Notes: generated by a model not told the origin, from the letters alone. A stretch of 64,000 bases of DNA from Novakomyces olei (GCA_016906335.1 JADEYG010000012.1:1240001-1304000), one strand, 5' to 3'; positions 27,575-38,822 are shown, counted from the stretch's first letter. Made by a program: numbers and translations.

Positions 27575-28446
27575 ATGCTCAACAAACTTCACACTCAAAA
27601 ACCTTTACCCATCGACAGCAATATGGATGCCAATACTTGTATACTCTATCTTAGTGCCTTGGAAGGACACTTAGAGCATATGGTGACGCTTCTAGCTCAT
27701 ATGAACCAGAAGCAAGAGTATTACCAGTGCAATGAGCTCCTTGATCGGCTCAAACTGGCCCGCGTAATCATGGAGATTAATCACGAAGGCCCTAGTAAGC
27801 AGCGTGACGAGGACAATCATTCTGAGGAGGATAACAGTCCAGAAGAGAACCAAAACCCTCAGGAGCAAAAACCCCTTGAGACAGATAAATGTCTTGAGAA
27901 CAGCGAACGCTCTGAGGGCGTCAAAAGCTCTGTGAAGGACGAACAATTTGACAATGAGGACAATGGCCTTTATGAGAATTGTCGCTTTGGTGGTAACATG
28001 TCAATTGACGCCGCATCTAAGCAGATGGACGCTTTCAATAGTCGCATCGACGCTTTCAATAGTCGCACCGACGCTTTCAGCAGTCGCATCGACGCTTTCA
28101 ATAGGCGTGTTGATGCAATGGAGAAAAGAACGAACGAGGAAATTAACAACCTCAAAAAGATAATGAAGACAGTGTAAGCTTACATTAATATTTTTGCTAT
28201 ATTTGCCAACTAAATGATTTGAAGCAATCACAATTGCACTGCAATGGTGGCTAATAGCCACCTCAAGAATCCATCGGACTCTCTTATGCCTTTGCACTCC
28301 TTTGCTACCCACAAACCAATCAAAAACTTCCCTAAAACGGCAGAGGAGATCGAAAATATGGATGGTATGACTGTAAATTTGGCTATTGAGCTAATATTCT
28401 AGATTTCTCGCTCGATCGTGCGCTGCTGGAACTGTCAGTTTTGTGA
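27575..28446 (+). CDS. Hypothetical coiled-coil protein with heptad repeats and a conserved-looking fungal C-terminal domain; introns 28174-28224, 28365-28402
   Basis: The 200-aa ORF splices into VNHNCTAMVANSHLKNPSDSLMPLHSFATHKPIKNFPKTAEEIENMD, then stops early at TGA 28444-28446, possibly truncated. Confidence 0.6.
28028..28116 (+). repeat. 21-bp coding tandem repeat (GACGCTTTCAATAGTCGCATC) x4, encoding DAFNSRI heptads
   Basis: Four near-identical units visible directly. Confidence 0.92.
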
Positions 28447-28963
28447 AAGGGCACGAATACTAGAGAAAGGCAAATTGCTCCAAGACTATGTCCTTTTACC
28501 GAAAGAAAACTGTTCATAGGTTTTATTTTAATATAATCGGCAATGGGCAGTTAACTGAGACGAAATTGCAAATTTCCATTGGTTTGTTTCTGGTCTTGTG
28601 TATTTGGCCTATATCCTCTTTAATGGCTCGTATATTCAGTTTGAGCCTAGATTTAGATTTCAATGACGACTTTACTGATGATCATTGCCACGAATGAGAC
28701 GAATGACAGTCGCATTAATGCGTCCCTAGACAAACGCTGTAATGAATCAAGTTTAATACTTTGGTGTAGGCGATAGTGTAAGCAGATGCGCAAAGTTCTT
28801 TGCTCTGCCAAACGGATAATCGACGATTAATTTCTGCGCTGCCTTTTCCAAAAGTGTGCGACTTGTTTGTCAAACCAAACAAAAACAAAATCTAGTCAAG
28901 TCTAGTCAAGACTAGTCAAAAAGAGTTACACGCAACTTTGTTCCAGCTTATATGTACACTGTG

Positions 28964-29465
28964 CTATCCGTACAAATCGTCAAAAGGTTCAGGTTCGTCT
29001 GCTGCTGGCTTCTCTCGAGGCCGGATTACACTAGCGCGGCACATAGGACAGGTATCATGCATCTTGAGCCATCTAGTAAAATAAGCAACCGCTCTCGCAA
29101 TACAAACAACTTACGGCGCCAGGCACTCCTTATCGTACTTGTGTCCGCAGCGTAATACGACGACTAGCGGGTACGCGTCATCAATAAACCGTTCGGCGCA
29201 GATAGGGCAATCGTCTTGCTCTGTGAGTTTTGTCTTGGGAAACCGATCAAGGCTATCGATAAACTCGTCCGGCAGCCCTTTGCTATCGATGGTCAATGCT
29301 TCAGACTCCTGTAAGAGCTGCTCTACAATCCGCCGTACCAGGTCACTGCTGCCCATTCCCTGGTACAAGTCGGCAAGCTCGCGGTAGCGGCGACTCGCGT
29401 CTGAGCCCTCATCATAGACTGCGATTTAGTATGCGTAAACGGCTTTGTGACTTACCAAACTCCAT
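28964..29465 (-). CDS. Small RING-H2 finger protein (YBR062C-like), 3 exons
   Basis: Assembles to MEF|VYDEG...KGLPDEFIDSLDR...CPIC...DAYPLVVVLRCGHKYDKECLAP|WLKMHDTCPMCR...DDLYG*, with two GTAAGT introns. Confidence 0.88.
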
Positions 29466-29575
29466 CAAGCGCAATTAGATCAACGGCAATTGGCATACTA
29501 CGTAACCCGGTGACGGTAAGTTAATGATATAATTGTTCGTTTTCTCGGTCTAGTGCAATTTTTATAAGGCTGGTG

Positions 29576-29736
29576 TATAAATAAATTATAAATAAATTAT
29601 AAATAAATTATAAATAGATTATAAATAAATTATAAATAAATTATAAATAAATTATAAATAAATTATAAATAAATTATAAATAAATTATAAATAAATTATA
29701 AATAAATTATAAATAAATTATAAATAAATTATAAAT
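29576..29736. repeat. 11-bp tandem array (TATAAATAAAT) of about 14.5 copies in a divergent promoter
   Basis: Directly visible with one variant unit; lies between the RING gene start (29465) and the GWT1 start (29794). Confidence 0.96.
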
Positions 29737-29793
29737 CAAATAATATTATTGGCCACGTTTATTACACATGTCATAAACGAACTGCACTGTGAA

Positions 29794-31774
29794 ATGCGGT
29801 CAGCAAAAGCGGCCAAAGAACAATTTGTCACGGGCTTAACAGGATCATCGCCACAAGATGTAAACTTGGTGCTTGTTGCGGTTCTAGTGCGTAAATAAGT
29901 CTCTTTATTTGCTAACAGTAAAAGGAAGGCATTTTTGTCAGCGGATTCGTGTCTGGACGTGGAGTATGGCCTTTTCTATTAGAGGTGGCCTGTACTATCC
30001 TGCCATGCATACTGGCGACTACTTTTTATGCGACACATCTCGAGCTGTTATGCGGCTTACTGGCAATTCCGTGCATTACACTTGCTCTTATTTGGTCGCC
30101 AAAATCAAAAAAAGCGCTAAAGGAATCGAAGAATACGCGTAAACCCGCAACTTCTCGTCTTGCAGCCATTGATCTTTATCGCGGAGCTATGATGGTCATT
30201 ACTGTGCTATCTATATTGGGCGTGGATTTTCCGATTTTCCATAGAAAGTTTGGAAAAGTTGAAACCTGGGGTAGTTCATTGGTAAGTTTTTTAGTCCACA
30301 TTTCAATGCCTTTTTTAAACCAGAATTGTAAATGGATTAGTGACTTTTTTGGAGTTGGTTTTAATATTTTACCGCTTCTGTTCTCCGTGTGATTTTGAGG
30401 TCATTTCAAATCCGGAAGCATGTCATTAGTGGTCATTTGTTCATTTTTGATTGAATATTTTTTTGTTTAATTTCTTTAAACAATTTGATTATGTATTTCA
30501 TATGCTTATGGCGACAGATGGACATTGGCGTTGGATGTTTTGTGTTTTCGCTGGCTGTTGTTAACCAGAAATTTCATTTTGCGTCTTCTTTCAGGGCCAG
30601 TATTGGCAGGGCCGGGCGAAGTTGTTTACCCTTATTGGCACTAGGAGTTATTCGTACTGCTTCAGTAAAGGCGCTGGATTATCAGGTATGACCTAACGCA
30701 TTTACAATATTCGTTTAACAGAAAAAGGAACACGTCACAGAATACGGAGTACATTGGAATTTTTTCATCACTCTCGCCTTAGTACCGTTAATTTGCACAT
30801 GCTTTCAAGCTGCGTTTGCTATAAAATACCCTGCCATTATTGCGGTGTTGATCACTTTGTCTCAGCAAGTATTGCTTGATAGTGGCCTCCAAGAATGGTG
30901 CGTTAGAAGTCCGCGCGAGAGCTTTATCACACAAAACAAAGAGGGAATTACTTCTCTTTCAGGTACATACATTGGGAAAAAAAGGAAAATAAACACTTAT
31001 TAACTGAAAGGGTACCTTGCCATCTACGTGAACGGTGTCGTTTTCGGTCGGCTTATGATCAAAATTCACAATGAATCAAAAGATAAGCGGCAATGGGTTA
31101 CTGAATTGAAGAGCAGTGCAGCTGCGGCCATTGTGAGTCTTCTATACGAAGGAGTCTCACTACTTTTCTGGCATTTGGACTATAGAATTTCAAGACAAAT
31201 GGTATGCTTCTTAAAGTTATTTATGGCACAAACTGAAAGCTGGAACAATAAAACCGAAATGATCACGGAATAAAAGAAGAATAATAAATTTAAACGAAAT
31301 TTAAATAAGAAACTGAAAATTGAGAGGGGAAATAAAATAATAAAAGAATGGAGTTTAATCTTGTTATTTTATTAGTATATTTGTTAAACTAACTGGGTAC
31401 TAGGCCAATGCTCCCTATGTCGTATGGGTCGTGTGTGTAAACACATGGGTGATTGCCGTTTGTTTCGGAATTCAAGGATATTTTGAAAGAGTATCGAAAA
31501 GCACCGTCTCCCAATTGCTATCGTCTATCAATGAAAATGGACTATTGGTCTTTCTTGAGGTAACAGTATAGATTTTATTGTATGTGTTAACGTGTCAAAG
31601 GGCAATTTACTAACGGGATTTCTGAACTCCGTCGTCGATACCTTGAATGCATCTGCACCGCAAACCATAATGATACTAGTAGTATATGGCCTGACTATTT
31701 GTGCAACAGCGAATGGCTTGAGCTCGCGTGGAATAGAGGTCAAACTACGGCCAAAATCCAAAAATCATCAATAG
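29794..31774 (+). CDS. GWT1: GPI inositol acyltransferase Gwt1/PIG-W, 7 exons
   Basis: Motifs AKEQFVTGLTGSS, YRGAMMVITVLSILGVDF..F.RKFGKVETWGSSL|MDIGVG.FVFS, YQ|EHVTEYGVHWNFF, QNKEGI.S..GYLAI, ISRQM|ANAPYVVW and NENGL..FL.GNLLTG. Confidence 0.95.
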
Positions 31775-32548
31775 ATTATTGAAAATAAATCGACACATCA
31801 GGACCTTGCCAAGTCTTACAAGTACCTTCGAGTATCATATTTTGTATTGCCATTATATTACACTACTGTAAAGAAGCAAATAGCCAATTTTAGAGTAGCC
31901 AGTAACCTCTAGTCCGCTTTAACTAAACTGTTGCGATACGCAAATCAAAGGGACGTTGAAAGTCAAAAGAGCCAGTACCGTAATATTAGATGGGGGCTTC
32001 AGTATCTACGGCATTTTATTTATATTACTTGTTAATCAGCCATCTATTTATTCCATATTACTTACTCGTGTCCCCAAAGATGGGCTGCCCCTTTTTAAGC
32101 GATACGACAGCAATGCAGTACTCACCCAAAGAGGCAGAAAATGCCAACATTTCCAACACGACGTGACTCCAAGCAAAACGGCTGTTGTGAAAGCAACGCG
32201 TCTCTCATTACCGCTATAGACAATTTTCCCAGTACACGTGGCCACAGTAAATTCATTTTATATTGGCACGAGCAAACTTTCTAATTTGCCTAATCCCATA
32301 CAAATTGTGTTATACAAAGTAAGAATTTCTCTATAGAATTTCTCTATCGAATTTCTCAATTTCAGCGCGCATACGAGGCGAACCGTTTTCGCTATTTTTA
32401 GCATAAATCTGTACTATAATACAAATCGGGGCGTATATTCAATCAGAAAGAAGCGATAGCAGAAAATAATAGTTGACGTATAAATTAGGCCAAACCAAGG
32501 CAAGAAACCAGAGCAAGAAAAGGGCAAAGGCAAAGGCATTTGTCCACA

Positions 32549-33406
32549 ATGGACAGCCTTTATCTTTATGATCCTTCAAGAGCGGCGGCTGGTGTTTTTA
32601 TAGCACTGTTCGCCATCACGACAATCGTGCAAGTATACTGGCGCGTTCGGTACAGGGCACAGTATTATAACCCAATGGTGGTTGGAAGCCTGTTTGAAGT
32701 AATGGGCATGATTATCCGCATTGCCTCTGCCAATGATCCTTCACGGGTCTCGCTTTACGCAGTACAGCTGCTCTTTGTCTTGCTGGCTCCTCTCCTTTTT
32801 GCAGCATCTATGTACATGACACTATCACAAATCTTACGCTACCTCGATATGACAAACGTTTCCTTTATCCCCGTCAAAGTATCAACGGGGCTTTTTGTGG
32901 CCGGCGATATTGCCTCTTTTTTTTTACAGGCCGCTGGTGGTGGAATGCAGGCGGTCAATGATAACGAGAGTGTTCGGCAAACTGGCAAGAACATTATCAT
33001 TGCCGGTCTCGTTATCCAGCTGGCGTTTTTCACTACTTTTATTATGTTGACCATAGTAAGCGAATCGCGATTGCACAAGTACGGGGTCAAAAGCGCCGAG
33101 GGCCGAATGAAATGGCAATGGGTTATATGGGCACTCTACCCTTGCTCGGCTTTTATTCTCGTGAGATCGATTTTCAGAGTTGTGGAGTTCGCGGAAGGAT
33201 GGACGGGCGAACTGCAGCAAAAGGAGTACTATTTCTACGTGCTCGATATACTCATGATGTTTTTGCTTTTGGTCGTGGTGAGCGTTATTCACCCGGGCAT
33301 GGCTGTTTACGAAAGACGGGGCGAGCCTCATGCTGAGCCTGTAGAGCTGATGGAGCATACGGAAATTGAAAAGGACGCGATGCCAGAGCGGAGAGTCGAG
33401 GTTTAG
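32549..33406 (+). CDS. RTA1-like (lipid-translocating exporter family) 7-TM protein
   Basis: Motifs YLYDPSRAAA, LLAPLLFAASMYMTL, FVAGDIASFFLQAAGGG, LVRSIFRVVEF and EYYFYVLD. Confidence 0.92.
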   Translation: MDSLYLYDPSRAAAGVFIALFAITTIVQVYWRVRYRAQYYNPMVVGSLFEVMGMIIRIASANDPSRVSLYAVQLLFVLLAPLLFAASMYMTLSQILRYLDMTNVSFIPVKVSTGLFVAGDIASFFLQAAGGGMQAVNDNESVRQTGKNIIIAGLVIQLAFFTTFIMLTIVSESRLHKYGVKSAEGRMKWQWVIWALYPCSAFILVRSIFRVVEFAEGWTGELQQKEYYFYVLDILMMFLLLVVVSVIHPGMAVYERRGEPHAEPVELMEHTEIEKDAMPERRVEV

Positions 33407-33733
33407 CCACACTGCCTGGATTCATTTGGCGCTTTACCAGTCTAGATTTTGCCCTGCCTTGTTATGACTGCATATTTTATTTGGTTCCTTGTAAAATGAT
33501 ACATTTTGCCTGTGCATTCTACCCGGTTGCGTGTTATATTAGTTGGGTATTCATTGGGTTTCATAGGCTCTGCAAACGAGTATTTCCGTACAATGGGTTG
33601 GTGGTTTGTGCTTGTACCGCTAATTATGAAGTAGTTTAGTAGAATGTATATAGAATTTTTTTTCTTACCCATAACAATCTAACACACTAGACAAATAGCT
33701 TTTCTCTTGCTAGCCTTATTTGATAATACCAAA

Positions 33734-34857
33734 CTACTCGTTCACTCCTAGCACTTTCCCGCCGCCATTACAGAGACTTTCAATGACAGAAACGTCAATC
33801 AGCGCCTGCTCTGGAGCACCACGCTCATCAATCTTTGAGCTGCCTGTGTCTATAGCACTAAAAAACGCCTTCAACTCTTCATCCACGGCTTTTCCATCAA
33901 TTACTTCGTCCATAGTAACCCCGTCTTTGCCCTCTACAACCACGCGTGTGCGTCGAAACCCAGCATCCGTAAGGGTTAAAAGGCCTTTGGACCCAAGAAA
34001 CTCAAAGCGAGAAGTATTAAGAGCTGGAGTGGTGGCAAAAGAAATGCTTAACGTTCCCAGCACATTAGAAGGCGAAGCAAACCGAATAGCAGCCTGCACA
34101 GTATCAGCAGGTGGCAGGTAATCAAATCTCTGCTGAGTAAAAGCTGCCGTCTCTGCTATTTCAAGACCCGATACGCGGCGGAGAAGGGAAACAAAGTGCA
34201 CTCCCCCATCGAGCAAAAATCCTCCCTGGTACTGCGGATTTTTACGCCATTCTGTATTGAAATACTTGTTGTCAGGCTCAATTGTTTTCCAGACACGACA
34301 ATGAACTGCTGCTAATTGGCCAATCGCGTTCTCTTTCAAGATCAGGTTACGTGCTCGCTCGTTGGCCAGATCATAGCGAAATTGCTCCGCCACGGAAAGA
34401 ATCAATTGCGTTTGAGAGCCAGCTTTCCGCTTTTTATTTAAATCTGCGTAATCATGCACGAGTTTTAGCGATTCTTCCACGTCTTTGGCTATAGGCTTTT
34501 CCATCAAGACGTGCTTGCCCGCGATCAAGCACTGGCGTACTACATCTGGCTGAATTGTCGTGGGAAGCACTACAATAACAGATTTAACGTCTTCACGTTT
34601 AAGCAGATCAGAGAGCCCCTTGTCGCCGTGGTAAACGTCGACACTTGTGCCTGCTGCTTTGGCGCAGTCTAGTGCGGAAGCTTCAGATCGAGAATAAACC
34701 GCCAGTAAGTGTGCGCCCACGCGAGCGATTGCAGGAACATAGGCTAAATAATGTTAACAAAAGCACATTAGCAAAATGTTTAGACAAATTTAATTTGGAT
34801 TGAGATAGTACCGCTCTGAGCGTAAAGTCCGGCGCCGATAAGCGCGACGCCTGTCAT
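33734..34857 (-). CDS. Gfo/Idh/MocA-family NAD(P)-dependent oxidoreductase, intron 34744-34811
   Basis: Rossmann start VALIGAG; motifs AGKHVLMEKPIA, VAEQFRY and WRKNPQYQGGFLLDGGVH. Confidence 0.92.
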
Positions 34858-35137
34858 TCTGGTGGGGTCGTGTTTGTGTGTGGGATGGATTTTGCGCAAG
34901 ATCTGATAATTCGGAGATTAAAAGTCTGGCGAATAATAGCAAAGGCGACAAGATTACTACATATATACAACAAGCATTTATTCTTAAGAATATTTATTCT
35001 TAAGACTATTTCTTCTTTAGACTTATTCTTCAAGCGATGTATTTTATACTATTTATCTGACTCGATCCTTTAGAATATTGACTTTTTTCAATGTTGAAAA
35101 GTAGATAGAGGCATGGCATGAGGATGAGAATCCACCT

Positions 35138-35884
35138 ACCTACCAGTCGGCAATGGGCAAGCAGGCAATGGGAATTCTTTTGACAAACTACCAGACGCGA
35201 ATGGATACTATGGCAAACATCCTGTAATACCCCCAAAAGCCGCTGGCGACAACGCGGTCGATGGAGTACCTTAGGTTCCGAGAAACTCCTGGCCGGGCAG
35301 AATGCGATTGTGGCAATTCTATGTTACTCTGGATACAATCAGGAGGACTCTATGATTATGAATTAGAATAGTATCGACCGTGGCCTGTTCCGCAGCATGT
35401 TTTACCGTTCGTACATTCTCGGGTGAGGATATTATTATAGGCCGTATTGCCACGAGAATATGCCCGCCCTTTACTGCGGAGGGGACAGTGCCCGATCTTA
35501 TTATAATTCCTCACGCGATCCCGTCGCGCATGACGGTAGCGCATCTGATAGAGTGCCAGCTGAGCAAAGTATCGGCACTCAGTGGGTACGAGGGCGATGC
35601 TACTCCTCAGTGAGATGGAGCGGGACTGCCAAATCTCGCACGGGTGCAGTGCCGTTCTGCGGGAGCGATTACTCGACCGCTCAGATGATTACAGGGTCAT
35701 TGTATGCGATATCTGTGGGCTTATTGCTATCGCCAGCTACAAGAAGAACTCGTACGAGTGCCGAGCGTGTCAGAATCGGACCCGGTTCAGCCAGATAATG
35801 CTGCTGTACGCTGCGAAATTGCTGTTCCAAGAGCTGATGGCGATGAATATCGCCCCGAGAATTTATGCCTCAAAGTCTGTCTAG
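35138..35884 (+). pseudogene. RPB2: RPB2 (RNA polymerase II second-largest subunit) pseudogene: four joined C-terminal segments
   Basis: Segment 1: [12 protein letters not shown]...IL*YPQKPL...[19 protein letters not shown]. Segment 2: SGEDIIIG. Segment 3: [24 protein letters not shown]...GDATP. Segment 4: EMERDC.ISHG...[14 protein letters not shown]. Stops at 35225 and 35364; frameshifts near 35285 and 35466. Confidence 0.93.
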
Positions 35885-36431
35885 CCGGAAGAGCGTTTAT
35901 TCACGCACGGGAACTTACGTACAGCCGCCATGCACACAAATAATGTATAAATCATTATACATAAAGTATACAGATTAGATGCAAAGAATAGTGTATAAAC
36001 AAAAATGTATAAATTATACACGTTTAATCGTGTGCGGTGGTATTATTACAATTTCGTAACGCCAAACAGTCTTTCTCACAGATCGCTTTTGTTTAGACAA
36101 AAATCTACTGGTTTATATATGAAGAAACGGTTTAAAAGTATCAATATATATTATATATCTATTGCGCTGGGTATCCCGCCCGATTCCCCAATAAAGTTTC
36201 TCAAATTATAATCCCATCATGACTGCTCGAGTACCCAAAGACTCGTCTCATTAACCCAACCAATGTATCAAACGGCACAATGAGTATTCGTGTCTATTGA
36301 ATCATCATTGCGAGAAAACGTACAAAAAACATTTGCAATTTTCTCTATTTTTGGTCTTTTTTTTTTCTTCTTCTCTTTGTTTCAGTTTTTTAAAATTAAT
36401 TCAAATTTATTCCACCTCTTATTCTTCCTTC

Positions 36432-38822
36432 CTACCCGATGTACATCTGTCCGAGCTTTGTGAGCTTCCCGTCCAAGAGAAGAGAATTATTGACACCGAC
36501 TGGACTTTCCACCTCAAAAGCCGCAAACCAAGCGTACCGTTCAACTCCACTATTGCCGTCGAGGAAGGACAGAGCCTCCGTCATAAACTGTTCCACATCT
36601 TCCAATAACGGCTGATTTGAAGGATCCCAGGTTGTATAAGCGAATTCTGTAACCCACACGGGGCGGTTGTACGTAGTCTGCCAATACTGGATCCAGTTTC
36701 GGAAATCGGCAATGTCAGTCCCGTACCAGTGAATCGGGATAAAGTCGTAGTTACAGCCGCCGTATGTGTCGTCACATTCTTTGGTCCAGTCTGCGAACCA
36801 TTGCTTGCCCCGCCCGGAGTTTGTAACCGCCGGAGCTCCGACTCGGACTTTGAACTCCGTGCGCGCCGGTTCCATATATTGGCTCCATACATAAGCCGCC
36901 ATCGAGGGTTCTGTATTGGCCTGTTTGCTGTAATCGGGCTCGTTGAAGCCCAAAATAGTTCTGGATGATATGTCCTTCCCTGGGCTATATTTCTTTAGAC
37001 CGTCCAGCATTAGGCCGGCCATTCCGGTCTTCCCGACAGTGAGAACGTAGTCCAGCTTGTCAATATTTGGGTCCGATTCAATACCGCGTGGTCGTGGGTC
37101 CCAGAGCTCCCAGTTGTACACCCACGTAATCTTACCGGCACCTGCTGCTTCGCTGAACTGTGGCCATAAAGAGGTCGGGCCGTCCCACGCCCATGCTAGG
37201 CCACGTTTCTTGGAAGAGCCCGGCAGAGAATTGGGCGCTGTTCCAAGGATGGGTGTGTGGGTTGATGTGGGGGTAGTGCTGGTGGGGGTAGTGCTGGTGG
37301 GGGTTGTGCTGGTGGGGGTAGTGCTGGTGGGGGTAGTGCTGGTGGGGGTAGTGCTGGTGGGGGTAGTGCTGGTGGGGGTAGTGCTGGTGGGGGTAGTGCT
37401 GGTGGGGGTAGTGCTGGTGGGGGTTGATGTGGGGGTAGTGCTGGTGCTGGTGCTGGTGGGGGTCAATGCGGTGTTAGTGTTAGAGGTGGAACCTCCTGCC
37501 TCAGAGTTACTTGTTTCCACACTTGAGCTTGTCGACAGACTCGCACCATTAGCGTTCGGTATAACAGAAGAGGATGACGTAGTCGGGACAGGCGATTGCG
37601 AGCTTCCCCCGTTTGCTTGAATCAAGCTTGAAGGACTCCAACTTGCCCCTCCAAATAGAGAAGAGTTTGAACTCGTTGCTGAAGCAGCTGGCCTTGAAAC
37701 CGTAGAGACGTCTTGGCCATCGTTGCTTCCAGTTGACGCAGCCACCAAGTTTGCCATGGACGAAAATCCTGGCGTTGGGTTCGCAAGAGAGGACGTTGCA
37801 GAAGTGGTGGTCGATGACGATGCACTGATTTGATTATTAGGGCTCCTTGACTCACCGGAGCTATTTGATCCGTCTGAATCGCCTGATCTACTTGATTCAC
37901 TGCTCGACCTAGGGCTGCTTGATCCACTGGAGCTATTTGATCCGTCTGAATTGCTTGATCCACTTGATTCACCGCTCGACCTAGGGCTCCTTGATCCACC
38001 GGAGCTATTTGATCCGTCTGAATTGCTTGATCCACTTGATTCACTGCTCGACCCGCTGTTCGCTCCACTGTTCCATCCGCTGTCCGTTCCACTGTTCGTT
38101 CCACTGTTCCACCCGTTGTTCGAATCGCTGCTCGAATCGCTGTTCGTTCCACTGTTCCACCCGTTGTTCGAATCGCTGCTCGACCCGCTACTCGACTCAC
38201 TGTTCGTTCTACTGTTCGACCCGCTAATCGCAGTAGGAAGAGCTTGTCCGTTCGCAATAGCAGAAGCTTGATATGCGACCGCGGTATTTGAGCCAAGGAC
38301 ATAAGTTGGGCATGCCACAGAGGGCGGTAGTGCAGTGGCAGGTGCATCAGGCCCTACAGTGTACGAAACATATGAACCGTCATCCGTCAAGTATTGGCCA
38401 TTCCGATAAATCACGTAAACACGCCCAGGATGGCGTATAAGCATGGCAGCAGTTTCTCTCCAACTGTCCCTGAGAGAGACAATGTAAGCGAACGAATGCG
38501 AGACGTTCTGTTCGGCAACAAGCAAATCGTTGTCTATAGTGCGATCGAAAATGGAGCAGTGATTAATATCGTTTTTCTGCCAAACTTGGAAATATTCGCA
38601 GTCGGCTGCCAGTGCGCACATGTATGCGCAAGCTTCTGGTGAGTAACTCGACGTACGGAAACCCGCAATGAAAGCTTCGGTATCACGAACAGCGATCTTA
38701 TTGCCGAGGTCCAACGGTGGCTCAAAGCCATGAATGAAGACGGCTTCTGTCGCATCTGTCTCTTGCGCGATTGCTAGTTGCGCCACCGTAGCTATCACCG
38801 AGGCGATAGTGAAAAGACGCAT
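36432..38822 (-). CDS. Secreted protein: PAN/apple-like Cys domain, long Ser/Thr/Gly repeat linker and C-terminal GH128 (Asl1-like beta-1,3-glucanase) domain
   Basis: Signal peptide; ACAYMCALAADCEYFQVW...HCSIF; GH128 motifs KRGLAW, WVYNW, LGFNEPD, PIHWYG, PVWVTEF and VERYAWF. Confidence 0.9.
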   Translation of the reverse strand: MRLFTIASVIATVAQLAIAQETDATEAVFIHGFEPPLDLGNKIAVRDTEAFIAGFRTSSYSPEACAYMCALAADCEYFQVWQKNDINHCSIFDRTIDNDLLVAEQNVSHSFAYIVSLRDSWRETAAMLIRHPGRVYVIYRNGQYLTDDGSYVSYTVGPDAPATALPPSVACPTYVLGSNTAVAYQASAIANGQALPTAISGSNSRTNSESSSGSSSDSNNGWNSGTNSDSSSDSNNGWNSGTNSGTDSGWNSGANSGSSSESSGSSNSDGSNSSGGSRSPRSSGESSGSSNSDGSNSSSGSSSPRSSSESSRSGDSDGSNSSGESRSPNNQISASSSTTTSATSSLANPTPGFSSMANLVAASTGSNDGQDVSTVSRPAASATSSNSSLFGGASWSPSSLIQANGGSSQSPVPTTSSSSVIPNANGASLSTSSSVETSNSEAGGSTSNTNTALTPTSTSTSTTPTSTPTSTTPTSTTPTSTTPTSTTPTSTTPTSTTPTSTTPTSTTPTSTTPTSTTPTSTHTPILGTAPNSLPGSSKKRGLAWAWDGPTSLWPQFSEAAGAGKITWVYNWELWDPRPRGIESDPNIDKLDYVLTVGKTGMAGLMLDGLKKYSPGKDISSRTILGFNEPDYSKQANTEPSMAAYVWSQYMEPARTEFKVRVGAPAVTNSGRGKQWFADWTKECDDTYGGCNYDFIPIHWYGTDIADFRNWIQYWQTTYNRPVWVTEFAYTTWDPSNQPLLEDVEQFMTEALSFLDGNSGVERYAWFAAFEVESPVGVNNSLLLDGKLTKLGQMYIG
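37261..37460 (-). repeat. 15-bp coding repeat, about 11 copies (TTPTS)
   Basis: (GGGGTAGTGCTGGTG)n on the + strand. Confidence 0.95.
37842..38225 (-). repeat. 69-bp (x3) and 48-bp (x2-3) coding repeats in the Ser/Gly/Asn-rich linker
   Basis: Units SSESSGSSNSDGSNSSGGSRSPR and NSGTNSDSSSDSNNGW are visible at both DNA and protein level. Confidence 0.88.

Noticed and set aside
29576..29736. CRISPR-like or telomeric array
   Set aside because: Head-to-tail 11-mer with no spacers, in a eukaryotic promoter context.
37057..38347. Overlapping ORFs 37057-37620, 37622-38347 and 37951-38271
   Set aside because: Antisense or alternate-frame shadows of the coding repeats in the GH128 gene.
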